DNA of 64,000 nucleotides from positions 6,779 through 70,778 of IMG/VR virus record IMGVR_UViG_3300045118_000047; one strand, written 5' to 3'. Below, one piece after another: positions 20,626 through 30,451 of the stretch; positions within the stretch are counted from its first letter, which is position 1, and each line of letters begins with the position of its first letter. A program made the translations under genes and the position numbers. The notes beneath the pieces are model-generated. The model was given only the letters and a program-made list of their open reading frames with translations, was not told the origin of the DNA and searched no databases. Source of the stretch: a virus.

Positions 20626-22740
20626 ATGGAACGCAGATGCACATCTGATGCTTGTCTCGCACACGCGGGCGCGAAGTCGGTCTCGTTGGACCTTCCGGTT
20701 GCGACCGTGCTGATGAATCCGCGCCAAGAGTGGGGCCGTTTGGCTTTTGGGGACGGACGGGTGCGAGTTGCGCGTGACATCAATGTGGACTGGAAATCGT
20801 ATACCCCGGATAACTATCTGTTTTCACACTGCACCATTGTCGCATCCGTTGCCACAGAAGACAATGGTTACTCTATTGTTCCGGCCTGCTCCGATTTGGT
20901 GAATAACAACGGCAATGCTTGGACCAATGAAGTATTGCTGGCGACGTTTAGAACCTTTGTTGGCGGAGAGAACTATCTTGAACACGTGCAGGTCCCGGAG
21001 CTGTCGAAGGGCAAGATTCTGGATGCTGTGCTTCGTCCGTTGACCTATCAGGACAAGGAAGGTCGGACGGCGGACATCTACTACTGCTTTACAGGGGATG
21101 CCAAAGTGTTGATGGGAGACGGGACAGAGAAGGACATTCAAGATGTTGTGGCTGGTGATCTTGTATTTTCTGGAGATGGTAATGTTCAGGAAGTTCTCGC
21201 CGTTTCGAGAAAGTATGCTTCCGACATTGTCAGAATGAAGATTCGTGGTGATTTAGATGTTGTCGGATGCACTACTGGGCATCGTATTTGGGCGAAAGAG
21301 AATATCGAAGACGAATGGGAGATCGTAGAGGCGGGATCAGTGGGAAAGGATTGGTGGGTTTTTCAACCTAAGCCAATCTGTCGTGGCGATATTGAAATCA
21401 GTAAGGACATGGCGTGGTTGGTTGGATTTTACGCTGCTGAAGGTTCTATCGTCGAGAGGGCGGATAAGGATGGGATCAGGCATCCCAAGGTAACACAGTT
21501 CACCTGTCACCAAGACGAAGAGGCGGTCGTTCGACTGGCTATAGATATAGTCTTGAGTGAGATTGGACCATACAAGGTTCCATTTTTCACTCAGAGATAC
21601 TCTGGTGAAAAGTTGATGAGGGGTATTAGAGGAAGTGTTGATAGTCGAAAGACTTCCGAGTTCGGAGTCAATATACGGGTCGGACACGAGACTCTTGCCG
21701 AGATCATGGTCTCTCTTTGTGGCAGGGGATCGACAACCAAGAAGTTTCATCCAGACATTCTGACGGGATGGAATGATGAGGCGAAGTTGGGTTTTCTGGC
21801 GGGCTTGATCGATGGGGATGGATATGCAAGGAGAGATGTGGTTGGATTCAAGTCTTCCAGTAACGACATGGTGAGGGGTGTCGAGTTTTTGCTGGCATCT
21901 CTTGGCATGGCATATTCAACCACGGGAGACTGGCATAGTGGACCGTATAGCGGGTGTGCGGTCGTAGAACTCGATTGTCAGTCGAGTGATCGTCTTCGGA
22001 CTTATCTGCGAATCAAGAACACCTTTGATGTGTGGTCTGGTGAATTGGGGTTGAACAACAGAGCATCGATTGCGTGTGTGGGCGGGATCGCTCGCAGAGT
22101 TGCTTCTGTAGAGAAAGTTGCAGATACGGTTGAGGTTCCAGTTTACAACATCGAAGTTGCTTCGGATCACAGCTATATCGTTTCTGGAATCAAGGTGAAA
22201 AATTGCGACATCTTGGTTGCTACAAACCGGAAGTATAAGCGACTGGTGGGCAAGATCGCTTCGGGTGAACTCACAACGATGAGCATGGGTTGTTTGGCAG
22301 ACTGGGTAACTTGCTCTCGCTGTGGGGTAGTGCTTGGTGACAATCAGCCGAACTGTCACCACTTGGACAACGAACTACTGGCTCATTTCAGGGACAAGAA
22401 GGGCGTCGAGCGGGTTGTGGCTGAGTTGTGTGGCCGTTCGATTATGAAGGGCGGCAAGCGAGTAGGCGACGGCAAGAGCGTGCGCTTCATAGAAGCGTCA
22501 TGGGTTGAGAAACCGGCGTTCTATGGCGCGGTTTTGAATCACTACGTGAGCGAGATGCCGGTGGAAGCGGCAAGGATTCTTGAGTTCCCGACAGATCGGC
22601 TACAGCTTGCCGTGGAAGACATCTTCAAGCTGCGTGTGGCTGACAAGGCGGGAATGATGGTGTTGCGAGTGGCGCAGGCTGAAATCGCCCGTCGGATGGC
22701 TTTTGAGCGTGTGGGGAGAATCGCAAGGAGATTGATATGA
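20626..22740 (+). CDS. prohead (capsid maturation) protease with intein
   Basis: NNNGNAW, ENYLEH, KGKILDA, TTMSMGC...CSRCG...CHHL, FIEASWVEKPAF; upstream of scaffold and capsid genes. Confidence 0.78.
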   Translation: MERRCTSDACLAHAGAKSVSLDLPVATVLMNPRQEWGRLAFGDGRVRVARDINVDWKSYTPDNYLFSHCTIVASVATEDNGYSIVPACSDLVNNNGNAWTNEVLLATFRTFVGGENYLEHVQVPELSKGKILDAVLRPLTYQDKEGRTADIYYCFTGDAKVLMGDGTEKDIQDVVAGDLVFSGDGNVQEVLAVSRKYASDIVRMKIRGDLDVVGCTTGHRIWAKENIEDEWEIVEAGSVGKDWWVFQPKPICRGDIEISKDMAWLVGFYAAEGSIVERADKDGIRHPKVTQFTCHQDEEAVVRLAIDIVLSEIGPYKVPFFTQRYSGEKLMRGIRGSVDSRKTSEFGVNIRVGHETLAEIMVSLCGRGSTTKKFHPDILTGWNDEAKLGFLAGLIDGDGYARRDVVGFKSSSNDMVRGVEFLLASLGMAYSTTGDWHSGPYSGCAVVELDCQSSDRLRTYLRIKNTFDVWSGELGLNNRASIACVGGIARRVASVEKVADTVEVPVYNIEVASDHSYIVSGIKVKNCDILVATNRKYKRLVGKIASGELTTMSMGCLADWVTCSRCGVVLGDNQPNCHHLDNELLAHFRDKKGVERVVAELCGRSIMKGGKRVGDGKSVRFIEASWVEKPAFYGAVLNHYVSEMPVEAARILEFPTDRLQLAVEDIFKLRVADKAGMMVLRVAQAEIARRMAFERVGRIARRLI
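21085..22203 (+). mobile_element. intein with LAGLIDADG endonuclease in the prohead protease (373 aa)
   Basis: Starts CFTGDAKVLM, TTGHRIW, LVGFYAAEG and FLAGLIDGDG, VYNIEVASDHSY, ends KVKN|C. Confidence 0.9.
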
Positions 22741-23081
22741 ACGACAAAGCAGCAGCTCGTGAGTTGCTGGCAGCGGCAAAGGAAATGATGGGGGCCGGGA
22801 GCTTGTTTTCAGGCTATGCAAGAACGGCTATTGGTGCCCATGCCGAAATGTTGCAGGCTATTGAGCGGATCGAAAACCACATTCACTATCGGCTGTATGG
22901 TACAGGATACAGGGATGAGATTACAGGCGATCCGGTCCTGACACCTACGGAAACAGTTAAGGCGAAGATCATCATGCAGCACATTCAGCGGATAAAGAAG
23001 GTGATCGATCAGGTGTATCCAGATATTCGAGAGTTGAGGGGTCACGCCGAATCACTGGACACGTTCATGCACTTTAGCTGA
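22737..23081 (+). CDS. hypothetical protein with N-terminal tag
   Basis: Begins MNDKAAARELLAAAKEM. Confidence 0.6.
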   Translation: MNDKAAARELLAAAKEMMGAGSLFSGYARTAIGAHAEMLQAIERIENHIHYRLYGTGYRDEITGDPVLTPTETVKAKIIMQHIQRIKKVIDQVYPDIRELRGHAESLDTFMHFS

Positions 23082-23089
23082 GAGCCAAC

Positions 23090-24394
23090 ATGATAACAGC
23101 AGCCAGACCAGCCATCGAGATTGTCAAAAAGCCCGGTGCGATCATGGAGCGTGAAACACGCTACCAGATGCTTTTCAACGGAAAGCCGTGGGGCGAGCTT
23201 TACTTCAATATGACCGGCTACGTGGCAGAGCATGGAATCCCAGTTCCTTCCAGTACGGCTCCCGGCGGCATATCTCACTTAGATGTTGGAGAAGTCAGTA
23301 TCGGCAGGATGAAGAATGAAATCTCGCGGGCTAATAGGGAGTGGGCATCTCGCGTGGCGTCAAGAAAGACAGCAGACGTTGGAGACGGGGCAATTGATCT
23401 TTCCGAGTACGCGGTATGGGCGAGAAATCTTGCCTTCAACTATGTTCACGGCATCGGTGGAGACATTCTTCGCCAGATCAAGAACGCGGCGGAAGAACTG
23501 GCGCTGGACCGCTTCGGCGTTGACCGGCGTTGGCAGCACGCACAGGACATGGACCTTCGGACGAAGGAAGGAATGTACTTCCTTCTGACGGGCAGGCGTT
23601 ATCCCGGATCAACGGGATATGTGTGGGCATCCCAGATTCGACAATCGTTGACGACTGCCGCTGCCGGGATGCCGCATGAGCAATTCATAGCCAAGGTGCG
23701 TCGGATCATGCAGAAAATTGCCATGCGGTATGGCGGCGTGGCTCGTGGCCAGTACGCTTCTGGAAAAACGGCGGATGGGGTAGAGTGGTCGGCGACGATT
23801 TCACGACATAACGCATCCAATGGTGAGACTTTTGGGCGTCTTGACCTGACTGGCCACAAAGATGGCACGAAGTTTTCTTACGGAGAATTCTGGGACTGGG
23901 ACAAGTTGTTTGAGAAGGCGGGCATCCCAGTGGTGAATGCCGGAATCAGGGCTGCTTCTCGTCGTGTAAAGTACCCGGAAAACTTCTTCGTTCGTCCGGG
24001 GGTATCCATGCGGGCGCGTCAATACGGATTGACGGAAGTGGAGAATAAAGACCTTACCGGTTTTGGTCTGGCTGCCAAAATGCAGGAATGGCAGGAATCC
24101 GAAGGTGGTGTTGATGCGTATGTGTATGACGACGCACTTTTCCGTATGAGAGTGGATGGAGTCAGAATGCCAGCGGGTATTCGTCGGTTAGCTTCACGCG
24201 AAGCCAGAATTGCCCGCATGGTGGTTGGCGCGAACAAGTACGAGCGCGGTGATCTGGTCATGTTCCACAAGGGCGGCAAGGACACCGAAGTTGAAGTCAG
24301 GGAAGTGATTTTCAACAAGGGCCACTACATGTATCTGGTCGAAGGCGAGCCGCAACCGGTCCCGGAAGTCGTGCTGAAGCGTGCTGCCCAGTGA
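23090..24394 (+). CDS. hypothetical multi-module protein
   Basis: 434-aa ORF with RVAS/KTA/RAAS linkers and REARIARMV. Confidence 0.6.
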   Translation: MITAARPAIEIVKKPGAIMERETRYQMLFNGKPWGELYFNMTGYVAEHGIPVPSSTAPGGISHLDVGEVSIGRMKNEISRANREWASRVASRKTADVGDGAIDLSEYAVWARNLAFNYVHGIGGDILRQIKNAAEELALDRFGVDRRWQHAQDMDLRTKEGMYFLLTGRRYPGSTGYVWASQIRQSLTTAAAGMPHEQFIAKVRRIMQKIAMRYGGVARGQYASGKTADGVEWSATISRHNASNGETFGRLDLTGHKDGTKFSYGEFWDWDKLFEKAGIPVVNAGIRAASRRVKYPENFFVRPGVSMRARQYGLTEVENKDLTGFGLAAKMQEWQESEGGVDAYVYDDALFRMRVDGVRMPAGIRRLASREARIARMVVGANKYERGDLVMFHKGGKDTEVEVREVIFNKGHYMYLVEGEPQPVPEVVLKRAAQ

Positions 24395-24484
24395 CCGGTC
24401 GGAAGTGTAAGAATTTTTTGATATTCCTTCCTAAAGCGAGAGCATGGTGTTTTCAGCGATGGAAGGATTTGGAGGGAAACCAGT

Positions 24485-24784
24485 ATGAGCAGGGAGCGCA
24501 TCACAAGTCGAGAAGCGGATTCTACGGGCATTCTTGCGGCCATTAGCGGGCTGGAGAAGTCCATCGAAGCCGCTGATGACACTGACTTGGTCAAGTGGGC
24601 TGACGAGTTGGCCAAGGAAGAAAAGCAGGTTGTCAACAAGAGCAGGCCCGCAGGCCCGGCGCAGTTGAAGGATAACGGCGATCAGAATGCCAAGGCCAAC
24701 AAGAACTGGCCCGTGTCCGAAGCGGACAAACTCAAGGTTGCCAAGAAGCTCGTGGCTTTGGCTAAGGACCTGCTGGCGGACTGA
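24485..24784 (+). CDS. head-associated / scaffold-like protein
   Basis: RBS GGAGG; C-terminal KVAKKLVALAKDLLAD; lies in the head operon. Confidence 0.55.
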   Translation: MSRERITSREADSTGILAAISGLEKSIEAADDTDLVKWADELAKEEKQVVNKSRPAGPAQLKDNGDQNAKANKNWPVSEADKLKVAKKLVALAKDLLAD

Positions 24785-24879
24785 CGAAACTGTAACAATT
24801 CTTTTATATTCGGATGTTAGGTGAAAGCTGCACGCTGTCGGAACATTCGGATGTGAAGAGAAAGGTGGAGGGATTTCGC

Positions 24880-25365
24880 ATGACAGACATCGAGAAATTG
24901 ACCGCAAGGGTCGCCGCTCTTGAGCAGCGTCTTGGCGCTGACGAGAAGGACGAGAAGAAGGACGACGACAAGAAGGAAGCCAGTGAGCGTGACACATTGA
25001 TCGCCGAGATCGAGTCTGTAGAGCGCAAGCTGAGCGCCGCCGAAAAGGACGAAGAAAAGGACGAAGAGAAGGACGAAGAGAAGAAGGCGTCCTTGGTTGA
25101 TCCGTCCGGCGTCGAAGAGCAGATCACCCAGAAGCGTTTTCAGGAAGTCGAGAAGTTGGAACACGGCACCGAGCTGACGACCGATGACTCGATGTTAGAT
25201 GCCGCCCCGACCGAGTACGTGGCGCGTCTGAAGAATGCGTCGGCCCGACTGGACAGGGTCGCGGAATACTTGGAGAAAACGGGCAGAGAGCAGTTGGCGC
25301 TTCGGATCGATCAGATCGCAGACGCCATCGACGCTCGCGTGGCCAAGATCACAGGAGGGAAGTGA
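24880..25365 (+). CDS. scaffold-like coiled-coil protein
   Basis: D/E/K-rich, RBS GGAGG, between protease and capsid genes. Confidence 0.55.
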   Translation: MTDIEKLTARVAALEQRLGADEKDEKKDDDKKEASERDTLIAEIESVERKLSAAEKDEEKDEEKDEEKKASLVDPSGVEEQITQKRFQEVEKLEHGTELTTDDSMLDAAPTEYVARLKNASARLDRVAEYLEKTGREQLALRIDQIADAIDARVAKITGGK

Positions 25366-26501
25366 ACATGAGTCGAGTAAGGCTTACAGCACGTGGACGT
25401 TCGGCGGCAGATCAGCAACCCCCGTATCCGGGAAATGTCAATCAGCCAGATCGCAAGGACCCGGCATGGGACGAGTATCACACTTTCGAGCAGCAAGTGA
25501 ATCACGAGCTGCCCGATATGCGTCACCAGTGGCAGGACGACGAGCGCGATGACATTGGCTTTGGCGTTCCTGAAGCATGGGGTCGCTCGCCGACGGTTGC
25601 TTCCGTTCGCACCGCCGCTACGAAGGCCGTTCGTATCGCCGTTCTTCTGCTTGGCGATAAGGTCTCCGACGACGTGATCGAAGCACAGGCCCGCGACATG
25701 ATGGTCATGTCGCCGCAGGCTATGGACCGCACGCTCCAGCGTTTCGCCGACACTCAGAAGCTCTACGCGGAAGACGCGGAGAAGGAAGATGACGACGAAG
25801 AGCCGGTCGCGAAGAAGTCCGCTGACGAGTCCGAGAAGAAGGACGACGAGAAGAAGGAAGAGCCTGTAGCGAAGAAGGGCGCGACGGAAGAGCAGTTCAA
25901 GCCCAAGGTCGAGAAGCCCGGCTCGGACGAGCAGCCCAAGGCGAAGTGCGGCGCGGATGACGAGAAGAAGGACGACGACAAGAAGGCCGCTGACGAGAAG
26001 GACGAGAAGAAGGACGACAAGAAGTCCTGCAACGCCGCTGACGAGAAGGACGAGAAGAAGGACGACAAGAAGGCCGCTGACGAGTCCAAGGACGAGAAGG
26101 ACGACAAGAAGGCCGCTGACGAGTCCAAGGACGAGAAGGACGAGAAGGACGACAAGAAGGCCGCTGACGAGTCGGACAAGAAGGACGACGAGAAGGCGGA
26201 TGACAAGAAGGCTTCCACGGTAAGGAGAGGGTCCACCGAGCTTGACATCGAACTCAGCGCGTCGGCGGATGGCGAAGATGAACCCGATCCCGAAGCGGAT
26301 GAACGGCTGGCTTCACTGCTCGAAGACCCGATGGCCGTCGCAGCAGAGAAGCTGGGGACTTCTGACCGCAAGGTTGAAGCGTCCCAGAAGGCCGGTATCA
26401 AGAAACTCGGCGGGCAGCCGAGAGTCGCAAGCGCAGAAGGCGCTGCTGACATCAGTTCCATCTGGCAGTCGGCACCGGATGTGAGCGAAGCGTTCAAGTA
26501 A
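25362..26501 (+). CDS. capsid scaffolding protein
   Basis: Highly charged DDKKAADE repeats; two genes upstream of the major capsid gene. Confidence 0.65.
   Translation: MNMSRVRLTARGRSAADQQPPYPGNVNQPDRKDPAWDEYHTFEQQVNHELPDMRHQWQDDERDDIGFGVPEAWGRSPTVASVRTAATKAVRIAVLLLGDKVSDDVIEAQARDMMVMSPQAMDRTLQRFADTQKLYAEDAEKEDDDEEPVAKKSADESEKKDDEKKEEPVAKKGATEEQFKPKVEKPGSDEQPKAKCGADDEKKDDDKKAADEKDEKKDDKKSCNAADEKDEKKDDKKAADESKDEKDDKKAADESKDEKDEKDDKKAADESDKKDDEKADDKKASTVRRGSTELDIELSASADGEDEPDPEADERLASLLEDPMAVAAEKLGTSDRKVEASQKAGIKKLGGQPRVASAEGAADISSIWQSAPDVSEAFK
25958..26212 (+). repeat. imperfect coding tandem repeat (GACGAGAAGAAGGACGACAAGAAGGCCGCT-like)
   Basis: Encodes about six DDKKAADE(S/K)KDEK-like units. 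Confidence 0.85.
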
Positions 26502-26530
26502 GCCGAAAACAAGGAGCGGAGGAATCTGAA

Positions 26531-27025
26531 ATGGCACTCACCATTCTGATTCGTGGACAGCTCAACTCGATACCGGTGCTGGCCGACGTTTGCTTCACCA
26601 AAGCGAACTACGGCGTAAACACCAACACGACGTTGAGTGTCAATACGCCACGGGGCGTGCTCGGTGGTTCGATTGCGGCGGTTTCCGCCGGATTGGACTA
26701 TACGGTCGTCCCGATGACGACATCCTTGATGCCTGTTGGATTGTTCGTGAACGACGCGGCTGGCGCGGCGTTTGAGAATAGTCCGGCTGTGGCGTCTGGA
26801 AAGATCGCCGTTATGAAGGCGATGGCCAGCGTAGAGGTCGATGTGTACGAGACCCGAAACGCTGCTGACAACGCGGACCTGACATACGTTGTTGGTAACT
26901 ACCTGTATGGTTCGGCTCAGGGCTTCCTGACGAACGAGACGACAGCTTCGGCTATCGTTATCGGCGTTGTGACGAAGGTGCCGACGACCAGCAGCCCGAC
27001 TCTTGGACTGGACATGCGCATCTAA
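26531..27025 (+). CDS. capsid decoration / cement-like protein
   Basis: Small beta-rich A/G/V/T protein directly upstream of the capsid gene (P.GLF..D, G.I.V, IG.V...P pattern). Confidence 0.6.
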   Translation: MALTILIRGQLNSIPVLADVCFTKANYGVNTNTTLSVNTPRGVLGGSIAAVSAGLDYTVVPMTTSLMPVGLFVNDAAGAAFENSPAVASGKIAVMKAMASVEVDVYETRNAADNADLTYVVGNYLYGSAQGFLTNETTASAIVIGVVTKVPTTSSPTLGLDMRI

Positions 27026-27060
27026 CCCGTCAGGGTGATGCCTAATAGGAGGGACTAGCA

Positions 27061-27921
27061 ATGGCCGTTGACAACCAAACCAAGCAAGAGATCATCAGTC
27101 AGCATATTCGCACCGCCGCAGGGCGTCAGCGTTTGGCTGCAAGCATGATTCAGCCCTTGCGCCGTCGCAGGGACTACATGTCGGTAGGTCGTAAGGCGTT
27201 CTACGTGGAAGCACTCCCGGATGGCGCTCTGCCGATCTACGACAAGGACCCGAACATCACGGCTTACGTCGTGGGTGAAGAGGGTGAAAACATCGTGGCC
27301 GTCGCGAAGCCGAAGCGGGTACTGTTCCCGTTGTTCGAGATCGCGTCGAACCCCGAAATTCAACTGACCGAGATCAAGCAGCGTCGTTTCGACCTGATTG
27401 AGCGTTCGGTGGACTTGGGTAAGGCCGAGATTCAGGCGGAAGAAGATCGCAAGGTCTTCGCCGTCATGGATGCTCTGTCGGCTGACCCGACGAATCCGAA
27501 CCCGGCGATCCCGGTCACGGGCAACCTGACCGCCAACGCATTGGCCGATGCCTTTGCAAACATCGAGCGCACCGACGTTCGCGTCGCGACTGTGTTCTTG
27601 AATGCGAAGGACTACGCCGACCTGCGTAAGTGGGATCGGGACACGCTCGACATCGAGACGCAGGCTATCCTGCTCAAGACCGGTCTGATGGCTACGCTCT
27701 GGGGAGCTAAGCTCATGGTCAGCCGTATCGTGCCGGAAGGCACCGTGTACGTCTGCGGTGAAGCCGAGTTCTTCGGTCGCGTTCCTGTCAGGACGGAACT
27801 GACGGTCATCTCTGCGGATGATCCGAAGAACCGTCTGATCGGTTTCTCGATCTTCGAGCAACTGGGCATTGGGGCGTACAACCCCTTCGCTCTGCAAGTG
27901 CTCCAGATCACCCGCGTCTAA
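27061..27921 (+). CDS. major capsid protein (HK97 fold)
   Basis: GRQRLAASM..PLR, AEIQAEEDRKVF, VFLNAKDYADLR, LWGAKLMVSRIVPEGTVY; strong RBS; followed by a terminator. Confidence 0.85.
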   Translation: MAVDNQTKQEIISQHIRTAAGRQRLAASMIQPLRRRRDYMSVGRKAFYVEALPDGALPIYDKDPNITAYVVGEEGENIVAVAKPKRVLFPLFEIASNPEIQLTEIKQRRFDLIERSVDLGKAEIQAEEDRKVFAVMDALSADPTNPNPAIPVTGNLTANALADAFANIERTDVRVATVFLNAKDYADLRKWDRDTLDIETQAILLKTGLMATLWGAKLMVSRIVPEGTVYVCGEAEFFGRVPVRTELTVISADDPKNRLIGFSIFEQLGIGAYNPFALQVLQITRV

Positions 27922-27949
27922 CCACGCGGAGCGGTAACGCGCTGGAAAC

Positions 27950-27992
27950 AAAGAAGACCCTGCGGGGGCAACCCCGTGGGGTCTTTCTTTTT
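27950..27992 (+). terminator. intrinsic terminator after the capsid gene
   Basis: GACCCTGCGGGG-GCAA-CCCCGTGGGGTC hairpin followed by a T-tract. Confidence 0.85.
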
Positions 27993-28026
27993 GTAAATGA
28001 CCATATTTCAAGCACTTACGATGTCT

Positions 28027-28053
28027 CCATATCCGAAGGCTTTTCCTGTAATG
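28027..28053 (+). promoter_or_regulatory. CCATAT-N15-GTAATG promoter
   Basis: Bipartite motif with invariant 15-nt spacer; six copies in the window. Confidence 0.75.
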
Positions 28054-28101
28054 TCTGTGCGGAAGGGGAAGTGAGTCGGAAACAAAGTAAAGGAGACAGA
28101 C

Positions 28102-28725
28102 ATGAAAGGCGTGAATCTGGGGAAGATTTCGGCGAACGGCGACGTGGCGAAGAAGGGTGACTATCCTGTGCTGCCCGATCCGAGCGGCGACGTGGCGAAG
28201 CTGGTCGATGACTACATCGATCTCAACGCCAAGAAGAAGGCTGCCGAAGGCGGTCTGAAGATCGTGAAGGGCGAGCTGGGTTCCGAAGCGGAAGGTCTGG
28301 TCCCGCTGGCCCGGAAGTTCTATCTGGACGTGGCGCACGGAAAGTCGGATGTTCCTTCGTCGGTCGAAGTCTGCGGCTCCAAGGAAGGTGTGTCTGTGCT
28401 GGTGGTCATGCAGAATCGGTACAAGGGTGCCGACGAAGTGGCCGTCGGCAAGGTGATCGGCAAGGCCAATCTGGACCGGTACTTCCACCAGCATTTCGAG
28501 ATCAAGGTGGACGGGGACAAGGTTCCCGAAGCCGTCTCCCAGAAGTTGATCGACGAGATGGTCGCGCTGTTCGCGAAGCATGGCTGTGCCGATGCGCTGT
28601 CGGCGAAGAGTCAGGTGGTGCCGAAGCCGGAGTTCCACGAAGCGCGGCACTCGGTCCTGTCGGTGGACCAGAACGCGAAAGTGGACGAACTCTGTCCGCT
28701 GGTGGTTGCGGTCAAGGAACGGTAA
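28102..28725 (+). CDS. hypothetical protein
   Basis: RBS AGGAG, downstream of the promoter motif. Confidence 0.7.
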   Translation: MKGVNLGKISANGDVAKKGDYPVLPDPSGDVAKLVDDYIDLNAKKKAAEGGLKIVKGELGSEAEGLVPLARKFYLDVAHGKSDVPSSVEVCGSKEGVSVLVVMQNRYKGADEVAVGKVIGKANLDRYFHQHFEIKVDGDKVPEAVSQKLIDEMVALFAKHGCADALSAKSQVVPKPEFHEARHSVLSVDQNAKVDELCPLVVAVKER

Positions 28726-28781
28726 GGTGGTGGATAGCGGCTCGCCCGGAAACACAAAACGGAAGGGCGGGCCGCGTCCTT

Positions 28782-29351
28782 TTGGATGGGTCGATGATTG
28801 AGATACCCACATATCCTGCAAGACCGGTGAACGGTGGAAGGTTGGAGCTTGCCCCGGTCAAGCGTGGGGTCTGGTTGTCCGAAGGCAAGTGGAATGGATG
28901 GCGGGCAGTCGTCCACACTCCCACCGGTCGGATGTGGAATCGCCACGGCAAGCCGTTGTCCATCGCAAGGGAGTTCGACAAGGCATTAGCGACGCTGAAG
29001 TGCGGCGTCGAGTGGCTGGACGTGGAAGCCTTAGAGCGTCGGCACAACATCGGGCGGGGGACGTTGATCGTGCTTGACGCGATTGTCCCCGGTGTGCCCT
29101 ATGAAGAGCGGAAGGCTCTGACGCTGACGTATTTCCCGGCAGCCGAGTTGAACCCGGTGAAAATCGAGTGTGACCGGGTCTATGTTTCTCCTTTTGTCGC
29201 TTGGGACCCGGCGATATTATACGAGAGCCTGAAGAAGTATGCAGGGTTCTTTGAAGGCATCGTGATGAAGCGTTCAGGGTCTCCTTACCCATTCCAACTC
29301 CGATCTGACGAGAAGGAGACCGTGGACTGGGTGAAGCATAGATTCGTTTAG
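28782..29351 (+). CDS. ATP-dependent ligase, nucleotidyltransferase (adenylation) domain only
   Basis: Motif I EGKWNGWR, LDVE, VLDA, EGIVMKR, WVK; no OB-fold domain follows. Confidence 0.7.
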   Translation: MDGSMIEIPTYPARPVNGGRLELAPVKRGVWLSEGKWNGWRAVVHTPTGRMWNRHGKPLSIAREFDKALATLKCGVEWLDVEALERRHNIGRGTLIVLDAIVPGVPYEERKALTLTYFPAAELNPVKIECDRVYVSPFVAWDPAILYESLKKYAGFFEGIVMKRSGSPYPFQLRSDEKETVDWVKHRFV

Positions 29352-29398
29352 CCCGCCTTTTCTTTTCTTTGATATTCGGCTCATAGTAGGGAGCCGCA

Positions 29399-30451
29399 AT
29401 GCGTCGCGAAGCACTTGGAGTCTTGTCTGTAGCAAAGGACCTTTTGGCCGGTAGTAGACCGATCCGGGCTGGTCTTTTTGAGCCGCCGCCGAAGATGGTC
29501 TCTGACATCTCGGCATGGGTGCTTGCCACGGCAGCTTATCGGGCCAATGTCCGCCAGAAGAGCTTGCTTCGTGACTATGAAGCGGTGGATTGGTCTAAGG
29601 TTGATTTTGACGACTATAAGACAGCGCCAGATGCGGTTCGCTTGGACGACTGGGAAGACATGAAGGAGATCGGAGCGGATGGGGTCATCAAGCGGATCAG
29701 GGAGAAGATTGCGTATTACAACGCGCTGGTCGCTGCTTCTCCGAAGCCGGTGAAGCTGGTGCTGAAAAAAGACGAGAAGGCATTCAAGATCGATTTGACA
29801 GGATGGAAGTACCTATCCAGAGTGCGCAGCGCCGATCCGAATGCGGTGAAGGAAGCTAACCGGATTTACCCGTCGGTCAAAGTGACTATCGTGATGACCG
29901 ATGATGATGTTGACGCGGCAGCGGCGTGGTATATTGTCCAACGGAGAATGGAGATCGTTATTAGTCCGATTCTGGGGCTTGACGACTACACGGAAAGAAG
30001 TCTCCGGGCAAGTATCGAGCATGAGCTTGGACATTTCGCTCAGGACTATCTGGCAAGGGTTACGGGAGCTTCTAAAGTTGGATACCCGCCTGAAGGAGCA
30101 AGGACACCGGACATCGAACAGCGTTTGCTGAAAGTCCCGACAAAGCGGTTTCCTACTCAGCGTGAAACGGAAACGATCAAAAAGCTCCACGAGCTTGGGA
30201 TCACTCAAGAGAGCTTCCATGACCTTGATGATGTGGAGTTCTACACAGTGCTCCGAAGCACGATAGAAGACATCCGGGAAAACCTTGTGTCTTTTGACGA
30301 GAGCAAGCGGCGGGATGTTTTACACTCGATGATGGGAACTGGAACCTTGCTCCGGGGAGCGTATCCGCCGAAGTTCATCGTGCTTTTGAAGAAATACGCC
30401 CCGTTGAAATGGCGTAAGGCCGTGATAGAGATTACAAAGGCTCTGACGTGA
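29399..30451 (+). CDS. HExxH zincin-like protein with N-terminal tag
   Basis: IEHELGH...E; begins EALGVLSVAKDLLA. Confidence 0.6.
   Translation: MRREALGVLSVAKDLLAGSRPIRAGLFEPPPKMVSDISAWVLATAAYRANVRQKSLLRDYEAVDWSKVDFDDYKTAPDAVRLDDWEDMKEIGADGVIKRIREKIAYYNALVAASPKPVKLVLKKDEKAFKIDLTGWKYLSRVRSADPNAVKEANRIYPSVKVTIVMTDDDVDAAAAWYIVQRRMEIVISPILGLDDYTERSLRASIEHELGHFAQDYLARVTGASKVGYPPEGARTPDIEQRLLKVPTKRFPTQRETETIKKLHELGITQESFHDLDDVEFYTVLRSTIEDIRENLVSFDESKRRDVLHSMMGTGTLLRGAYPPKFIVLLKKYAPLKWRKAVIEITKALT

Noticed and set aside
25958-26212. CRISPR array
   Set aside because: In-frame low-complexity coding repeat with no unique spacers; no CRISPR array or cas gene seen in the window
9931-28821. Long minus-strand ORFs (for example 9931-11052, 25763-27061, 27055-28821)
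   Set aside because: Antisense shadows of well-supported + strand genes; no motifs
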